DNA of 63,374 bases, filler included, from Octopus bimaculoides (lineage: Eukaryota): NCBI RefSeq assembly GCF_001194135.2. It is 10 parts of 9 records of this genome, joined end to end, with 100 filler letters (N's around TTAATTAATTAA, not from the genome) between each part and the next. Parts side by side here need not be neighbours in the genome. Positions count along the whole stretch, not along the records: positions 15,598 to 37,751 come from NC_068995.1; positions 37,852 to 39,720 come from NC_068987.1; positions 39,821 to 42,039 come from NC_068989.1; 7 more parts are not named here. One strand, given 5' to 3'. Position numbers and translations under genes: made by a program. Below are positions 28,589 through 41,724 of this stretch, one piece after another. The notes under the pieces are model-generated. The model had not been told where the DNA came from. It did not search any database and worked only from the letters and a program-made list of their open reading frames with translations. Numbering within the stretch: the stretch's first letter is position 1; each line of letters opens with the position of its first letter.

Positions 28589-28655
28589 TTTCTTAAATAC
28601 CTTCAAACTGAATCTAAACTGCAAGCTTAGATTCAATTTGAAAGTATTTAAGAAA
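28589..28655 (-). other. 67-nt hairpin with 29-bp arms and 9-nt loop
   Basis: Arms 28589-28617 and 28627-28655 pair at 27/29 positions; both mismatches become G-U wobbles on a minus-strand RNA. Confidence 0.85.
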
Positions 28656-29534
28656 GATACACTGATATTTTAATTGAACAGTAGTAACTTCAATAACTGA
28701 ATGCTATTCCCTCAGTTTCGTATATATTGTTTAAGTATTATAACTAGAAATTATAGAGTTTATTGATACACATTTTTATTTTCATTTACTAAATATCTGG
28801 GTTGTACTGCTATATTATCCACTCTGTCGTTCATGGTGGGAAATGTTTGCCTCTGACAAAGTAGATCCGTTGTCTAGTCGAATTGTGTGCACACATGTTC
28901 GATTCCTTGTCTCAATTGGATTGGTGATCTACTATTTTATTTTTAATACATGATAATGGCTGAAAAATTGTCCATGTGTTTCTTATAGTCACAGAATCCA
29001 ATAAAATCAATTCATTTAATCTTCCAGGTTATTTTTTTCTTAATACTTAAATTTTATGATGTTCAACCCACTCTGTTTATATTCTTCCCAGTAAGGATAT
29101 TATTTTCCCCTTTTAATCTTTTTCACGTGCTGAATAATTCTTCTGTTTATTATAGCTTTTTTTTTTATTCCCTGTGTATCTATTTTTTTATTTTGTTATG
29201 TTTAATATCCTTTTTTGTATATCATATGTTATATTACTTTTACTGTGACATTGCTATTTACACGTTACGTGATTGATACATATTATTGATGCTATTTCTT
29301 ATTATTGATGCTACATTAATCATGGCTAATACTTCCAGGTTTCATGTGCGAAGAAGACTGTCATATGCTTTCTGGTAGTAAAAAATACAATGGAAAGATC
29401 ACCCTACCTTCTTTTACAGTTTTTCGTTATGCATTTGGTAGTTAATTAGTAATTGATCTTTACAATCCTCTGTAACGTACATTCTGCTCATTTAGAAATA
29501 AATCGCTTTCTCCGATGATAATTTATCATTTATA

Positions 29535-30243
29535 CGAGGGGAAATCAAAAATTATACGCACTCTTGTTTCTGAAATTTATTCAAATAGAAGCAGGGGTCA
29601 AACAACTATATCATTTTCGACATAGTCGCCTTGTTTTTCGATGCACCTCTTCCAGCGGTTCACAATCTTGTTTATTAGATCGACGAAGAAGGTTTTCGGT
29701 GAGTCGCGTAGTCATTTATGCATCGCTTCATGAGTTTCTTCGTCCATAACAAATTGTTGACCTCGGAAGGATGTTTGAGTGCTCCAAGAAGGTGATAGTC
29801 GGAAGGGTCGAGATCTAGACTGTATGTAGGGAGTTCTAGCAACTTGAAACTCCATTTTTCAATGGTTTCAATGGTGTAGACGTCTTCCTGCTCCACGCTT
29901 GTCCGACTATTTTTAAATGACTCGCACCACCACTCATACACCCTTCTACGCAGTAGAATACTTACCATATTGTACTGAAATCCTGAGATGGATTTGAACC
30001 CCTACTACATATTCCGACTAGAGAAATTGGATACCTGTTCTCTGTTATTCTTTGCTGCACACTGCTAGCGGAGCGGCCATGTTTACTCTGTAACACAAGA
30101 AAGAAAACAGAAGCGATGAAGGTCAAACCTCGGTTTCCGAAACACAAAAGCAAAAACTTTTACTAAGCGATCGGTGAAAGCATTGCTACCAAACTTGAAT
30201 ATAATTTTGATGAAAGAGTGGATAACTTTTAACTTCCCTTCAC
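29535..30243 (-). mobile_element. Internally deleted mariner (Tc1/mariner) element
   Basis: TA|CGAGGGGAAATCAAAAATTATACGCACT TIR at 29535 and a degenerate partner at about 30217-30243. The N-terminal MAAPLAVCSKE...YG...VYEW...FKNSRTSV is fused to the C-terminal LPTYSLDLDPSDYHLLGALK (YSPDLAPSDY motif); the DD34D core is lost. Confidence 0.9.
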
Positions 30244-30510
30244 AGATAAGGATTTGCATACTGTAGGAAAGTAGTTGAATGTTTGTAACTTTTGGAGGTG
30301 GCCATTTAAGATGTTAACTAAAGCAGTTACATTATTTTCAACTACATCTGTATCTTATTAAATATACTTGTTTCGTCTTGTGTCCCTTATAAAATGTAAT
30401 AAAATGTCTAGATTTTATCTTATTCTGCTGTCGTTCATTTATTTTGAAGCGTCTAGACTAATTCGTCTGTCTACTGGTATGATCTTCCACCGTTGGCGAC
30501 ATTCAGTCGC

Positions 30511-30931
30511 TTTCCAGTAGAGCTACTACTTGCGTCTCTTATAAAGATTTTAGAACTAGCTACTTTGCTCGTTGCAAGATCATCGGCAGATTGTCGCTTA
30601 TTTATTAAAATATTGCGAACTGGGATGAAGGACTGCCGTGTATAGCACACAGGTGTACCAGTACTGAGGAAGGGTAAGATCCTGAATTCAGCTGGTCTAC
30701 TGGTCCTGTCAACGCTGGATGGGAGTTGTTTGCTCATTTGTTTGCAGTATAACGGATACAGATAGTTTGTCATTAACCAGCTGTAGGAGGTTCCCCCAAG
30801 GGGGGTTAAAAAGAGTAGTAACATTGTTCTGTACCAAGCAAACACGTTGAGGTGGTAACAACCATTACTTTTCATTAGAGTTACTACTTGCATCGCTTAT
30901 AGAGATTTTAAAACTAGCTACTTTGCTTGTT
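30511..30931. repeat. About 62-bp imperfect direct repeats flanking about 300 bp of unique sequence
   Basis: 30511-30573 and 30870-30931 share tagag(c/t)tactacttgc...cttata(a/g)agattttA(g/a)aactagctactttgct(c/t)gtt. Confidence 0.85.
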
Positions 30932-30988
30932 ATACATACATACATACATACATACATACATACATAACATACACACATACATACATAC

Positions 30989-31082
<94 letters not shown>

Positions 31083-31094
31083 CACATATATATG

Positions 31095-31262
31095 TGTCTT
31101 TACGATAGGTTTCTTTCCAATTCCGCGCACGAAATCCACTCACAAGGCTTTGGTCGAGTGATTCTTTAATAGAAGACACTTGCCCAAGGTGAAACTCAGT
31201 GCGACTGAACCGAAGACCACAGGTTGGGATGCAAGCTTCTTAACCACATATCTACACCTGCG
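31095..31262 (-). mobile_element. tRNA-SINE of the ...ccttgggcaagtgtcttct...ggaaactgaaagaag family
   Basis: Reverse-strand tRNA-like head and body. Further copies at about 43960-44075 (+, decayed), 45112-45290 (-), 47066-47222 (-), 47968-48120 (+), 48445-48600 (-), 49826-49935 (-) and 61512-61565 (-). Confidence 0.8.
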
Positions 31263-33925
31263 CGTATAAGCAACGCGTGCATCTCATCTGCATCACGACT
31301 ACATCTCATGGTTTCTATCTGAAAAGTTGTCTATTCTTAAATACGTCACACCAACTCTCTTATAGGTTTTTTCTGTCTCTTTTTTTGTTAGTATTATATA
31401 GAAGTTCTGCTCTTTGTATTCTGATGGTTGTTTTTTTAGAAGTACATGCTTGTTCAGCTCATGTACATGGCTTCTGTTCTGAATGCTTTTATATTCCTTG
31501 TCAATTTTTATTCTATTATCAATGGCTTCGTTAACTATTCTTCAATTTAGGTTATATGCTTCATTTTGGGGGAGTGTATCGTTTATTGAAATTTAGTGTT
31601 AAAATCAGAATTAGTTTCAAACCAACTATTAGACTAGGACATTGGTCTAGTTTCAGTTTTGAGGTTCAGTGTGGCTGTAAAGTATCTGTAGTATAGAAAT
31701 TAATTGCTTTTTTTCCTGAAGCGAGCGTTCACTTATTTGGTTAGATTGCCATTAGTTTCGAAAATTTTCGTAATGGTAGATAGAAAATAGTAGCTTCTGG
31801 ATGTTATTAATGCAGCTGATTTCGGTTTGAATATAACTGAGTGGATAGCTTTATTATGTCAAGTGTGTCATCGCTTATCATACATGTATTGTTTTTATCT
31901 AAAAAACCATTGCTGGTAGATCTAGAAATATCAGGGGTCAACCCACATGAATTTGCATGCAAGAAAAACGTATTGGCATGCGTAAACAACAAATTATTCT
32001 GGTATCCTACAAGTCTGCAACAATGCTGAAGGTATACGAAGGCATGATAAGCACATATCTTAATTAGCATAGGTCAGTGATCTTGCGACTGGCCAGCTTA
32101 GCGAGTTAATGAACGATCATTTTGATTCCCATTTGAGAACTAGAAGTGAATAATCTCAGAGAAAAGAAAAAGATTGGGGCGGGTATATCAAAATAGGTGT
32201 CACACTAGCCGATGTTTTGAAGGTAGGGCAAGGAAGATTGCAATATACTTCTACTTTTCAAAGGATTAAGATTTAGTATGTCTTTCAAAGAGGAATCGGA
32301 AGAAACTAGCCATTATGCAGCACAATATGTTCTTATCGAATATGTGTCTTGCCTTCGAGACTGTAAATCGAGCAGAGTCTGGAAGCGTTAGTGCATGGTC
32401 ATCAGAGATACTATACGAATAACAAGAGATTACTGAAACAGACATCGATTCTTGGCAAGTGATCATTTTGAGCAATATTTTGAACATTTGATAACTTTAG
32501 AATGGTTTCATTACAGTGGTATTCAGGAATAAGATTAATTTAGATTGTCAGAAATGTCTTTCTTTTAGATTTTATAGTCTACCCTCTACTTGCATATTTT
32601 AGCTCTCTATGTCTAAAGCAAAAGGTTAACGATCACACAGAACAAAAAGTGAAGCCACATGTGTAGTCACCTAAAGACAAGACGATTAACTATGGCTGAC
32701 ATTTGTGTATTAAATATCACAAACCTTGTTTCCAGTTAAAATGAGCGAGGTGTAAAGAATGAATACTGGAAAGATAACATCCGAGAGGAGGAAACAAAAG
32801 AAAGTAAAATAATTCAAACTTAGACAAAAATGCAAGGAAGATAAAAGTAAACAAGAAGGAGTAGTAAAACATGGTAAGTAGTAGACAGAAATGATGTCGG
32901 ACTTTATGATGGCTTCTTTCTACATAAAAGTCTGTCGAGGATATCTAACTGGAAGACATTAAATGACCATTCACTTACAATATTTTAAAGTAGACACTGA
33001 AGTTAGAATATGAAATTCAGAGTCATCTGTCTAGTTTATGGTAGCTCATAAAATTGTAATTTGTATTTGTACTTGAAGAAATATCTATATTTCTCTGGAA
33101 GTATTCTCTATGCATAAACAAATGTAGAATGCGTAAAATTATACACACACACACATACATACGCGTGCACACACAGATATATACATATGTGTGTGTGTGT
33201 GTCTATGTATACAAATTATCTATATTTCTAGATGTGCGTACGCAAAGAGACACACAGACACACAGATACAGACATAGACATGCACAGGCACACACACACA
33301 CACACACACACACACTCTCTCTCTCTCTCACCCTCTTAAACGCACGCATATGAATGCATACGCGTGCAGTAGTTGTCTTTCTAATGCTGTTACAAAAGAA
33401 AAGTAGAATGGGTAGATCTATTGACAGAAACTTTCGTGGATGTATTTTCATTCTGGTACTAGCATTCGATCCAACTCTAGCAATTCAGCCAGTTTTTCAC
33501 TACACACACANNNNNNNNNNNNNNNNNNNNNNNNNNNNNNNNNNNNNNNNNNNNNNNNNNNNNNNNNNNNNNNNNNNNNNNNNNNNNNNNNNNNNNNNNN
33601 NNNNNNNNNNNNNNNNNNNNNNNNNNNNNNNNNNNNNNNNGTAGATGAAACATAGACTACTGACGAAGGGGTATACTCCTTATGTTACATGTCTCGTTTC
33701 TCTGTTTTTTTCGTTCTTCGAAAAAAAGTTCGTTTTCTATGTTTTCGTTTCTCATTGTGTTTAAGGTTTTTTTTTTATGTCCTGTACCCATATATGCATG
33801 TATCTATACATATATATGTTGGTATGTATATATATATGTATGGATATATGCATATATTTATATATTATTTATATTATTATATGATCGAACGCCACGCATC
33901 CTATTCCAAGTAATTTTTATCTGCC

Positions 33926-33968
<43 letters not shown>

Positions 33969-33989
33969 ATAACGCTTTAGTGCGTTCCC

Positions 33990-34175
33990 AGAGTATATAG
34001 AACTTCGGAGGAAATACCAATAAGGTATGTATACCAAAATCGTGAAGCATTTTACGTAATAACTAACTTATCACATATGAGATAAAAACAATTCAAAGGT
34101 TCACGAAACTTCGTTATCGGGTGTGGACGGCAACTTGACACAAACAGACAACTTGCTTTTATATATGTATAATAT
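33990..34175 (-). mobile_element. Non-autonomous Helitron-like 5' segment
   Basis: The minus strand begins ATATATAAAAGCAAGTTGTCTGTTTGTGTC and the segment abuts a (CTGT)n tract, the layout typical of Lep1/HINE-type elements. Confidence 0.45.
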
Positions 34176-34194
34176 CTCTCTCTCTCTCTCTGTC

Positions 34195-34288
<94 letters not shown>

Positions 34289-35043
34289 CACACATACATA
34301 CTTTATTACAAAGCATATTGCCGGTTTGGATGATGAATCTCATCTTATCAAATATCAGTAAAAGTTTATAAAAATTTTAAGTAAAACCAGTTTATCTTCT
34401 ATCTGGGGGTCAAAAGCATGCCTGGAGATATTTCGTTGAAGTCTTCTTGAAATATAGTTTGACTTAGAGGTCAAAGTGTTAGAGAGTAAGAGAGAGGGGG
34501 TAGTTGTCTATTGCCTAAAAGAAATCTTTGTTGGTTCCTGCCAAGGGAGTGGCTTAAAAGCATTTATTGAATGGGCTTTACGTCCACTTGTGTGTGAGAG
34601 TGTGTGTGCATTGTGTTGAATCTTCTTTCAATATAATTGGAATGTGACCAGCTGTGTGTCGAGGGTTGTGTATGTTGTGATGAATGTCTTCTTCAAGAAA
34701 GAATAAGGATTTTCCTTTGGCGTAGATATATTCTTTTCAGTGTTTCCACATGTGTGTATGTGTGTGGTCACCAGCTGTGTGTATGTGTGTAAGTGTGTGT
34801 GTGTGTGTATGTGTGTGAGAGAGAGTGTTTGTGCATGTGTGAGTGTGTGTGTGTGCTTGTTTTCTTTTCTGTGTATGCGTATGTGTGTGTGTTTGTGTAT
34901 GTGTTTTTACGGTGTTTTCCTTTTTGTGTATGTGTTTATGTATGTGTATGTATGTGTTTTTGTATGTGTATGTATGTGTTTCTGTGTGTATGCAGGCATA
35001 TATATATATATTTCTCCGTGTTTTTCTCCTTGTTTTCTCCGTA

Positions 35044-35082
35044 TTCCTTCTGTTGAAGAGCGTAGCTCGAAACGTTAAAGAC
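35044..35082 (+). ncRNA. Minimal type I hammerhead-ribozyme-like motif (PLE pseudo-LTR), variant core
   Basis: CTGTTGA-A-GAGC(GTA)GCTC-GAAA-CGT-T-AAAGA: 4-bp stem II, palindromic ACGU stem III and partial stem I. The core is CUGUUGA rather than CUGANGA. It lies about 350 bp from a PLE ORF. Confidence 0.45.
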
Positions 35083-35290
35083 TTTCTCTATTCCCGGGCG
35101 TTAAACTGATACACCCTTTTGTTTTTTACCCCACCTGTCCTCGTCTGTTGTTTTTTTTCGTAAGTTCTCCCATATATATATNNNNNNNNNNNNNNNNNNN
35201 NNNNNNNNNNNNNNNNNNNNNNNNNNNNNNNNNNNNNNNNNNNNNNNNNNNNNNNNNNNNNNNNNNNNNNNNNNNNNNNNNNNNNNNNNN

Positions 35291-35344
<54 letters not shown>

Positions 35345-35427
35345 GGAAAACAGATTTAAGAAATGGTGAGATGTATTTTTCAAAACGACAATATGTATAA
35401 AATTGTTTTAAGTGTCTGTTCTTATTT

Positions 35428-36478
35428 ATTGATTGGTAGTGGCTGGGCGTACATTTAATTGTGGTTCATACTTGTTGATAAATTGCCTTTCTTTATTTAG
35501 TCTTTGTTGTTGGTTGAAAGAATCAGAACACTTGTAGAGGGAAATGTTTTGAAATTTGGCAAGACTATTCCTTCACAGGCTGCAATGTGACTGCTTAAAT
35601 AGATTTTCCTTGTGGTTTTGTCCCGGATGTGTTGGCGATGAGTCGTCATTCTGTTGCGCAAAGATCCGCCCCTCTGACCTATATAATTATGTTGGCAACC
35701 ATCGCTTGTGATTATGTAGATCAAGTTTTCCGTGTTGCAGGTGAGATTGGACTTAACTTTGAAGGTTAGGCTATCTTTGAATTTAAATTCTGGTCCCTCA
35801 ATTAGGTAACGGCAAGTGCCATAGTGTATTCTTCCACACTTTGTGGAAGTTGTGTTGGGGGGCTATTTGTGGGTTTTTGCTCCAGTGAGAATCAGTTTTA
35901 CTGTTTTGGGCTGCCTTTTACTTTTGATGATTTGTTGTTTTTCTAAGATTTTTCTCATTTTTTCATCTGCAAATAAGATGGGGAGGTTTTTGTGGATATG
36001 ATCAAATATTTCGGTGTTTCTGGGATTGAAGGTTGACACGGAGGGTAAGACATTTGTCTTTGTTTTGTTTTTTGTTTTCCTAAGTTCCTTGATATCCATT
36101 TGTTTCACCTTGTTTATTCCCTTGGTGATTATGCCAAAAGGCAAGACTCTTTGCACAAACGTGTCCTTCGGTTCCTCTAGTCTTCGTTCACGTTTAGACG
36201 GTTCTGATACTGTGATATAAATTCGTTTTGTCAGGATGAAGGGAATGTTGAGTTAGGTGTGTTCGAGTGACATGATGTGAAAAGAAGGTACTGTTTGGAG
36301 TTAGCGGATTTGTAAAATACGTCAATTTATATTTTCCGATCTTAGTTTCTGATTAGGATATCCAGAAATGCAAGTTCTTTGTGCTTAAACTCCATTGTGC
36401 ATTGGATGTTAGTGCTGAGGTTGTTTAACATGTTTTTAAATTCAGTTACATTGTCAATATTTTCCTGCAATTCTAAAC
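35428..36478 (-). mobile_element. Penelope-like retroelement (Neptune-type), 3' half: RT thumb, Cys linker, GIY-YIG
   Basis: Peptides ELAFLDILIRK, KQYLLFTSCH, STFNPRN, KSKRQPK, KCGRIHYGTCRYL, LIYIITSDGCQHNYIGQRGGSLRNRMTTHRQHI and ERQFINKYEPQLN, with frameshifts. Confidence 0.9.
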
Positions 36479-37858
36479 CAAGCTATATTTAAAGAAGACT
36501 TCAACGAAAAATCTGCAGATATGGGTTTTATCCCCAGACAGAAGATGTTACTTCAAATTTATATACATTTTTTACTGATATTTGATAAGATGAGATTCAT
36601 CATCGAAACTGGTAATATTTTCTTTGTATAATTTTTTAAATGACTTTTATTAAATTCTTTCTTAAATTAAAATGTCTTAGATTTCTGTGCTGCTTTCCAC
36701 CTCTATATGATATATATATATATGAGTCCATAATTATATACCATGTAAATCTAATGTATCAATTCTTTATATTAACTGTATAATAAATTTATCTCTTATG
36801 TGTCCTTTTTATGATATTAGATATATAAGTTTAATTTTAAAATGTTAATTCAATATACATAAAAATGTTTTATTTCACATCTTATCTATGGGTCCTTTAT
36901 ATTGGTGTAAATAAGTTTAAATGTACTTTACCATTGTATTTTAAATTAATACCACTTCATTGTTTTTGTATACAGCCTTAGTTGATTATTTACATTATTA
37001 TACACTATTTCATTTTATTTCATTATTAATTTATAATAAACCTTTATTTATTCACATATTAAGCAAATATTGGTATCTCAAGTATTTCAAACTTAGCATA
37101 TGTAAAACAATACTGATATATTATTCTGATTAATGAAAACTATGAATAACCCTTTACTGTATCTGTATACAGTATAGCAACTTTATTTTATATACATTTG
37201 ACCTAGGTGCCTTATGATAATACTTGCCCTGTTCCATTATAAACTGGTCTGCTAGTAGAGAAACTCCCCCCCCCTATAGTAGTTTGTCACCAAACCCTAA
37301 GAAATTTTATAACTATATCATCCATGTTTACTGTCTATACTGTTTACTCCTTACCCAAAAAAGAAAATGCCAGTGTCCTCTTAAGCTTTGAATCACTAGG
37401 TCTGATAAGATTGTCGATAAATCAGAAACAGAAAGAACAAATAAAATCAATGACAGTTATAAATTTGCTTAGAATTATTTACTAGCCTGTATGGTCTGGT
37501 TAAGTCAAAATGCTTTTTTGTATTCTTCCTTTCTACTTGGTGAGTTTAGATATAACTATGAAAATATGTCAGCTGTTTAAATGTAATTTCACTAAATTTG
37601 TATATCTTTGTGCAGCTGAAGATTGCTCTACATTTTATATTTGATGTAATATTTACTTTGCTTAATTAAATAGAGTCGCATGAAACAATCGTATTGCATT
37701 AACCTTGGATATCTTTGTTGCTTATTTTGACTTATATATATATATATATATNNNNNNNNNNNNNNNNNNNNNNNNNNNNNNNNNNNNNNNNNNNNTTAAT
37801 TAATTAANNNNNNNNNNNNNNNNNNNNNNNNNNNNNNNNNNNNNNNNNNNNTGTGTAG

Positions 37859-38092
37859 CTTCAGCGGGCAAACGAACATTGGAGGGAACTTAAGGAAGGG
37901 AAGAACTCATCAGTTCTGTACCAGCACGCTGAGCAAGAACATAGAGGCTCAATCAACAACATAGAAATTAAAATCTTATCTACACATAGCAGTGATGCAG
38001 CACTTAGACAAATTACTGAAGCTACACACATAATAGAAGGGAAACCTAGCCTGAATAGGAAACTAGAATGGAACACTAACATACGCCACTAA
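37859..38092 (+). mobile_element. GIY-YIG endonuclease C-terminal part of a second PLE lineage (stop-free, no ATG)
   Basis: QRANEHWRELKEGKNSSVLYQHAEQEHRG...KILSTHSSDAALRQITEATHIIEGKPSLNRKLEW* matches the R..EH...S.L..H...H...RQ..EA..I...LN...EW pattern; it begins next to a gap. Confidence 0.7.
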
Positions 38093-38205
38093 CAAACCAC
38101 AGCATGTGACAACATGTTACCCATAAACCAATAATAGGAACAAAGTATAATACAATACATAGATAAACAAATGGAATTAAATACTACATACGTTAACAAA
38201 ATTTT

Positions 38206-38238
<33 letters not shown>

Positions 38239-38736
38239 GTGTGTGTGTATATACAGCTGCACATAAAGTATGTATATATATATATGTATGTATGTATACC
38301 GGGGTTTTCCAAAAATCTGCCAGGAGCTGTTAAACGGAAATTCTATTTTACAAAACTATTTTTTGGCTTAAATAACCGCCCACCAATTATAAGCGCCCAT
38401 GGGCGGTAATATGGAAGTAAAATATTTCACCTAGGAAAAACAAAGATGTTCTCAAAAACCATATTTATTTTATACAATTCCATTGAACTTCTATCGTTTC
38501 AGTAATTAGACATAAAGAAACTGTAACAGCCTTAAAAGAAGTAGTATATTAAAAAATATTCTGAAGTTAACAATGGATCTATTAGGAAATATTGAAAATT
38601 AAACTGTTGAAAACCTGAATAGAAGCCTCGTATGAACAAATAATGTCCTTGAGCATTTATGGAAAAATATATCTACTTCTAATTATCTCTCACTCAAGAT
38701 ATACATAATATTATTATTATTATTATTATTATTATT

Positions 38737-38788
<52 letters not shown>

Positions 38789-39477
38789 TGACTATATACA
38801 AAGTGTCATATAAACATATACGTACAAGCGTAAAAACTTTATATCGAGAAGCGAGCTGCATGAGACATGGCTAATCGTTAAGTGGGCCGCACTACTAAAA
38901 CCATTCAAGGTAATCTTTCGTTAAGCGTGCCATTCAAAATGTCCCGCAGACCGCACGGGCAGAATCGTTAGCAGATCGGACGAATTGCTTAGAGGCATTT
39001 CGATTAAATAATACCAGTTGAACACTGGGGTCGATGTAACTGCTGGCCTTGTTCCGAAATTTGAAACCATTATATATACATACATGCATATAAGCGTGGC
39101 TGTGTGGTAAGAAGCTTCCTTCCCTCACTACAGTGAAGAGGTAGTTTTTACTGGCTCCTGGTAAGCGTTTTGTTGTTGTTGTTATTGGATTTTTTGCTGT
39201 TGAACGAAGAATTATTGTAGAAAAATTGTTGAACTGTTTTATTTCCCGGTTCTACCGGGGAGTAATTACAAAAAATATTGTAGTTGCTGGCCATTGCGGC
39301 ATTTTGTTGAAACATTTTATTTTATTTTTCTAGACTATTTTTGTGCCCCTTCCCCTAACGGGGGTGGGATTCGAACATTTTTGTACTCTTTAAGAGGAAA
39401 GCTTTTTTATAGACTTCACAGTTTGTGTGGGAAACCAATTAAATTTTTTAATTTTATGTTAATACGCCAACCGAATT

Positions 39478-39720
39478 ATGTCGGTTGAGATAATACACGA
39501 GAAGTGTACTCTCGCAGAGAGTGAGTATAATAGCGGAAGAAAATTCTCCACGGTTGCCGCAGTGGCAACGGAAAATATTGAAATAAATATCCAAGAATTG
39601 AAAGACATGTTTAAAAGAATGAAGGAGGAGGGTGGTGATGTTACGATATCACCCTCCTCCAGTGTTTTGGACACGGAGAAACGGACCGTAGTGTTTAAAA
39701 CCTTCTGTCTGAAGGACAAA
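39478..39720 (+). mobile_element. Probable non-LTR retrotransposon ORF1 N-terminus, cut by a gap, with T-rich 5' UTR from about 39130
   Basis: An 81-codon ATG-initiated, non-repetitive ORF (MSVEIIHEKCTLAESEYNSGRKFSTVAAV...) runs into the N gap. The family call is inferred. Confidence 0.35.
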
Positions 39721-40293
39721 NNNNNNNNNNNNNNNNNNNNNNNNNNNNNNNNNNNNNNNNNNNNTTAATTAATTAANNNNNNNNNNNNNNNNNNNNNNNN
39801 NNNNNNNNNNNNNNNNNNNNCCCAGTGCTCAGCTGGTACTTAATTTATCGAACTCGAAAGGATGACATAGCAAAATGGTTAGCGACGTTTTGACCGTTCT
39901 TTTTCGTTCTGAGTTCAAATTTCGCCGAGGTCGATTCTGCCTTTCATCCTTCTGGGGTCGACAAAATAAGTACCAGTTGAGTGCTGGAAAGATGTAATCT
40001 CTTTACACTCTCCCGCATGGGTGTATGTATGTATGTATGTATGTGCGTGTGTATATGTGTGTATTAGAAGAATATATATATATACATACATACATACATA
40101 CATACATACACACACACTTACGCTACCTCACCCATTACAATCACTGCCATCACCACCACCTCCACCACCAACGCCACTGTTATGATTATGATCAAATGCC
40201 ACAACTACAATCGCCACTGCCGCCACCACCATCACAGCATCACTATCTCCACTCTTACTAATACTACTACTACTACTATTACTNNNNNNNNNN

Positions 40294-40329
<36 letters not shown>

Positions 40330-41724
40330 ATACATACATACATCTTATAAGATTAATTCTACATATACAGTTATGTATACTGTTATATATGTCATATACG
40401 CACTCACATAGACACATAAAGTTATATACTCATACACATATATAATTATATACGCGCACACTCATTCGAGCACAAAGACAGAGAGATGCGAGAGAGGGAG
40501 TAAAGAGTGAGAGAAAGAGAAAAAGGGAGAAAGAAAAGAAGAAGAAGAAGAAGAAGAAGAGAGAGAGAGAGAGAGAAGAAGAAAAGGAAAGAAAGGTGCC
40601 TGCAATTGTTGTTTATTCATAACAAAAACGTAGAAATGAGGCGCAAACAAAGACTTCAAATTGGAACCTCTAAATTGGCTACGTAAATACGAATTCAATG
40701 TACGTTTAAATGCATCCTTATACTCATATACTCATACATGCATATACATACATGATTCACGAGCATATACCACACATGTATACACATAAACTCAGACTTA
40801 GGTGCACATACAGTTGTGGCGATATCTTGAACGAGAATAGCTTTTTTATATTATTTATTTATTCCAACAAACAAAACGCAGCAAATACTCACAAACAATT
40901 ACAACAAATAAGCTGTAGCGAGATCGAAACAATATAGTGGACCTAAATAAGTGCTAATTAAGCCTGACCCTTTATTTCTACAGAGACGTAGTTAGAATAG
41001 ACGAAGAAAAAAAAATCTTTCAAGAAAACATCGTTTCTGCTAATGACTTGTACGTACGGCCATAACGTAAAAAAAAAATGAATAGCGCAGACGACAAGAA
41101 TATAAGACGCAGACGATATTAACGAATGAAACAAATAATGAAGTCGGTTGTGTAAGCTAGAAACACGTTCATTGCAGAGATTTGGTAGAGAAATTAGATT
41201 AGTGATAGAGCTTGAAGCGGTTGGCTGTGACCAAAATTTGAGAACATTTGTTCAAGGCTACCGTCAGCCTAGCTCTTCCCTTAATGACTTGCTAATTAGA
41301 ACCCATTTTTTTCTAACGTGAATTGAGTGTCTTAACACCCGTTCATAAGTCTGTCTGTACATCTTCCTCTCACTGTTTTTCTGTCTCTTTCTCCGATTGT
41401 TTATAGCTGTTTGCGTGACCGTATGTGTCTGTACGTGTGTAAATCTATCGTTCTGTGTGTCTATCTGTAAATCTATCATTCCATGTCTCCGTCGTTTTGT
41501 CCTAATACCACTAAATCTTTTCTCTCTGCTTGTTTACCATATTTTTTTATCTGTTCTATCATAGTTTCTATTTGTTGTAATTTAACCCCAAGTCAATTCT
41601 GATCAAGTGCATCTATAATGAAAGACATTCCAACCGTAACAATTCCGTCCTTTTTAGGGGTCTCCTAAAACAACAATATCCAATGTATTCGTCTTGATTG
41701 TTTTAATAACAGTACATTTATCTT

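Larger units (their letters stand above)
34305..36630. repeat. About 150-bp inverted repeat pair (34305-34457 and 36482-36630) bracketing Penelope-like fragments
   Basis: gatgatgaatctcatcttatcaaatatcagtaaaa...ttcgttgaagtcttctt occurs in opposite orientation at both sites. Confidence 0.85.

Noticed and set aside
31300-32500. Coding-like patches on both strands
   Set aside because: No diagnostic motif could be recognised; probably very old TE debris.
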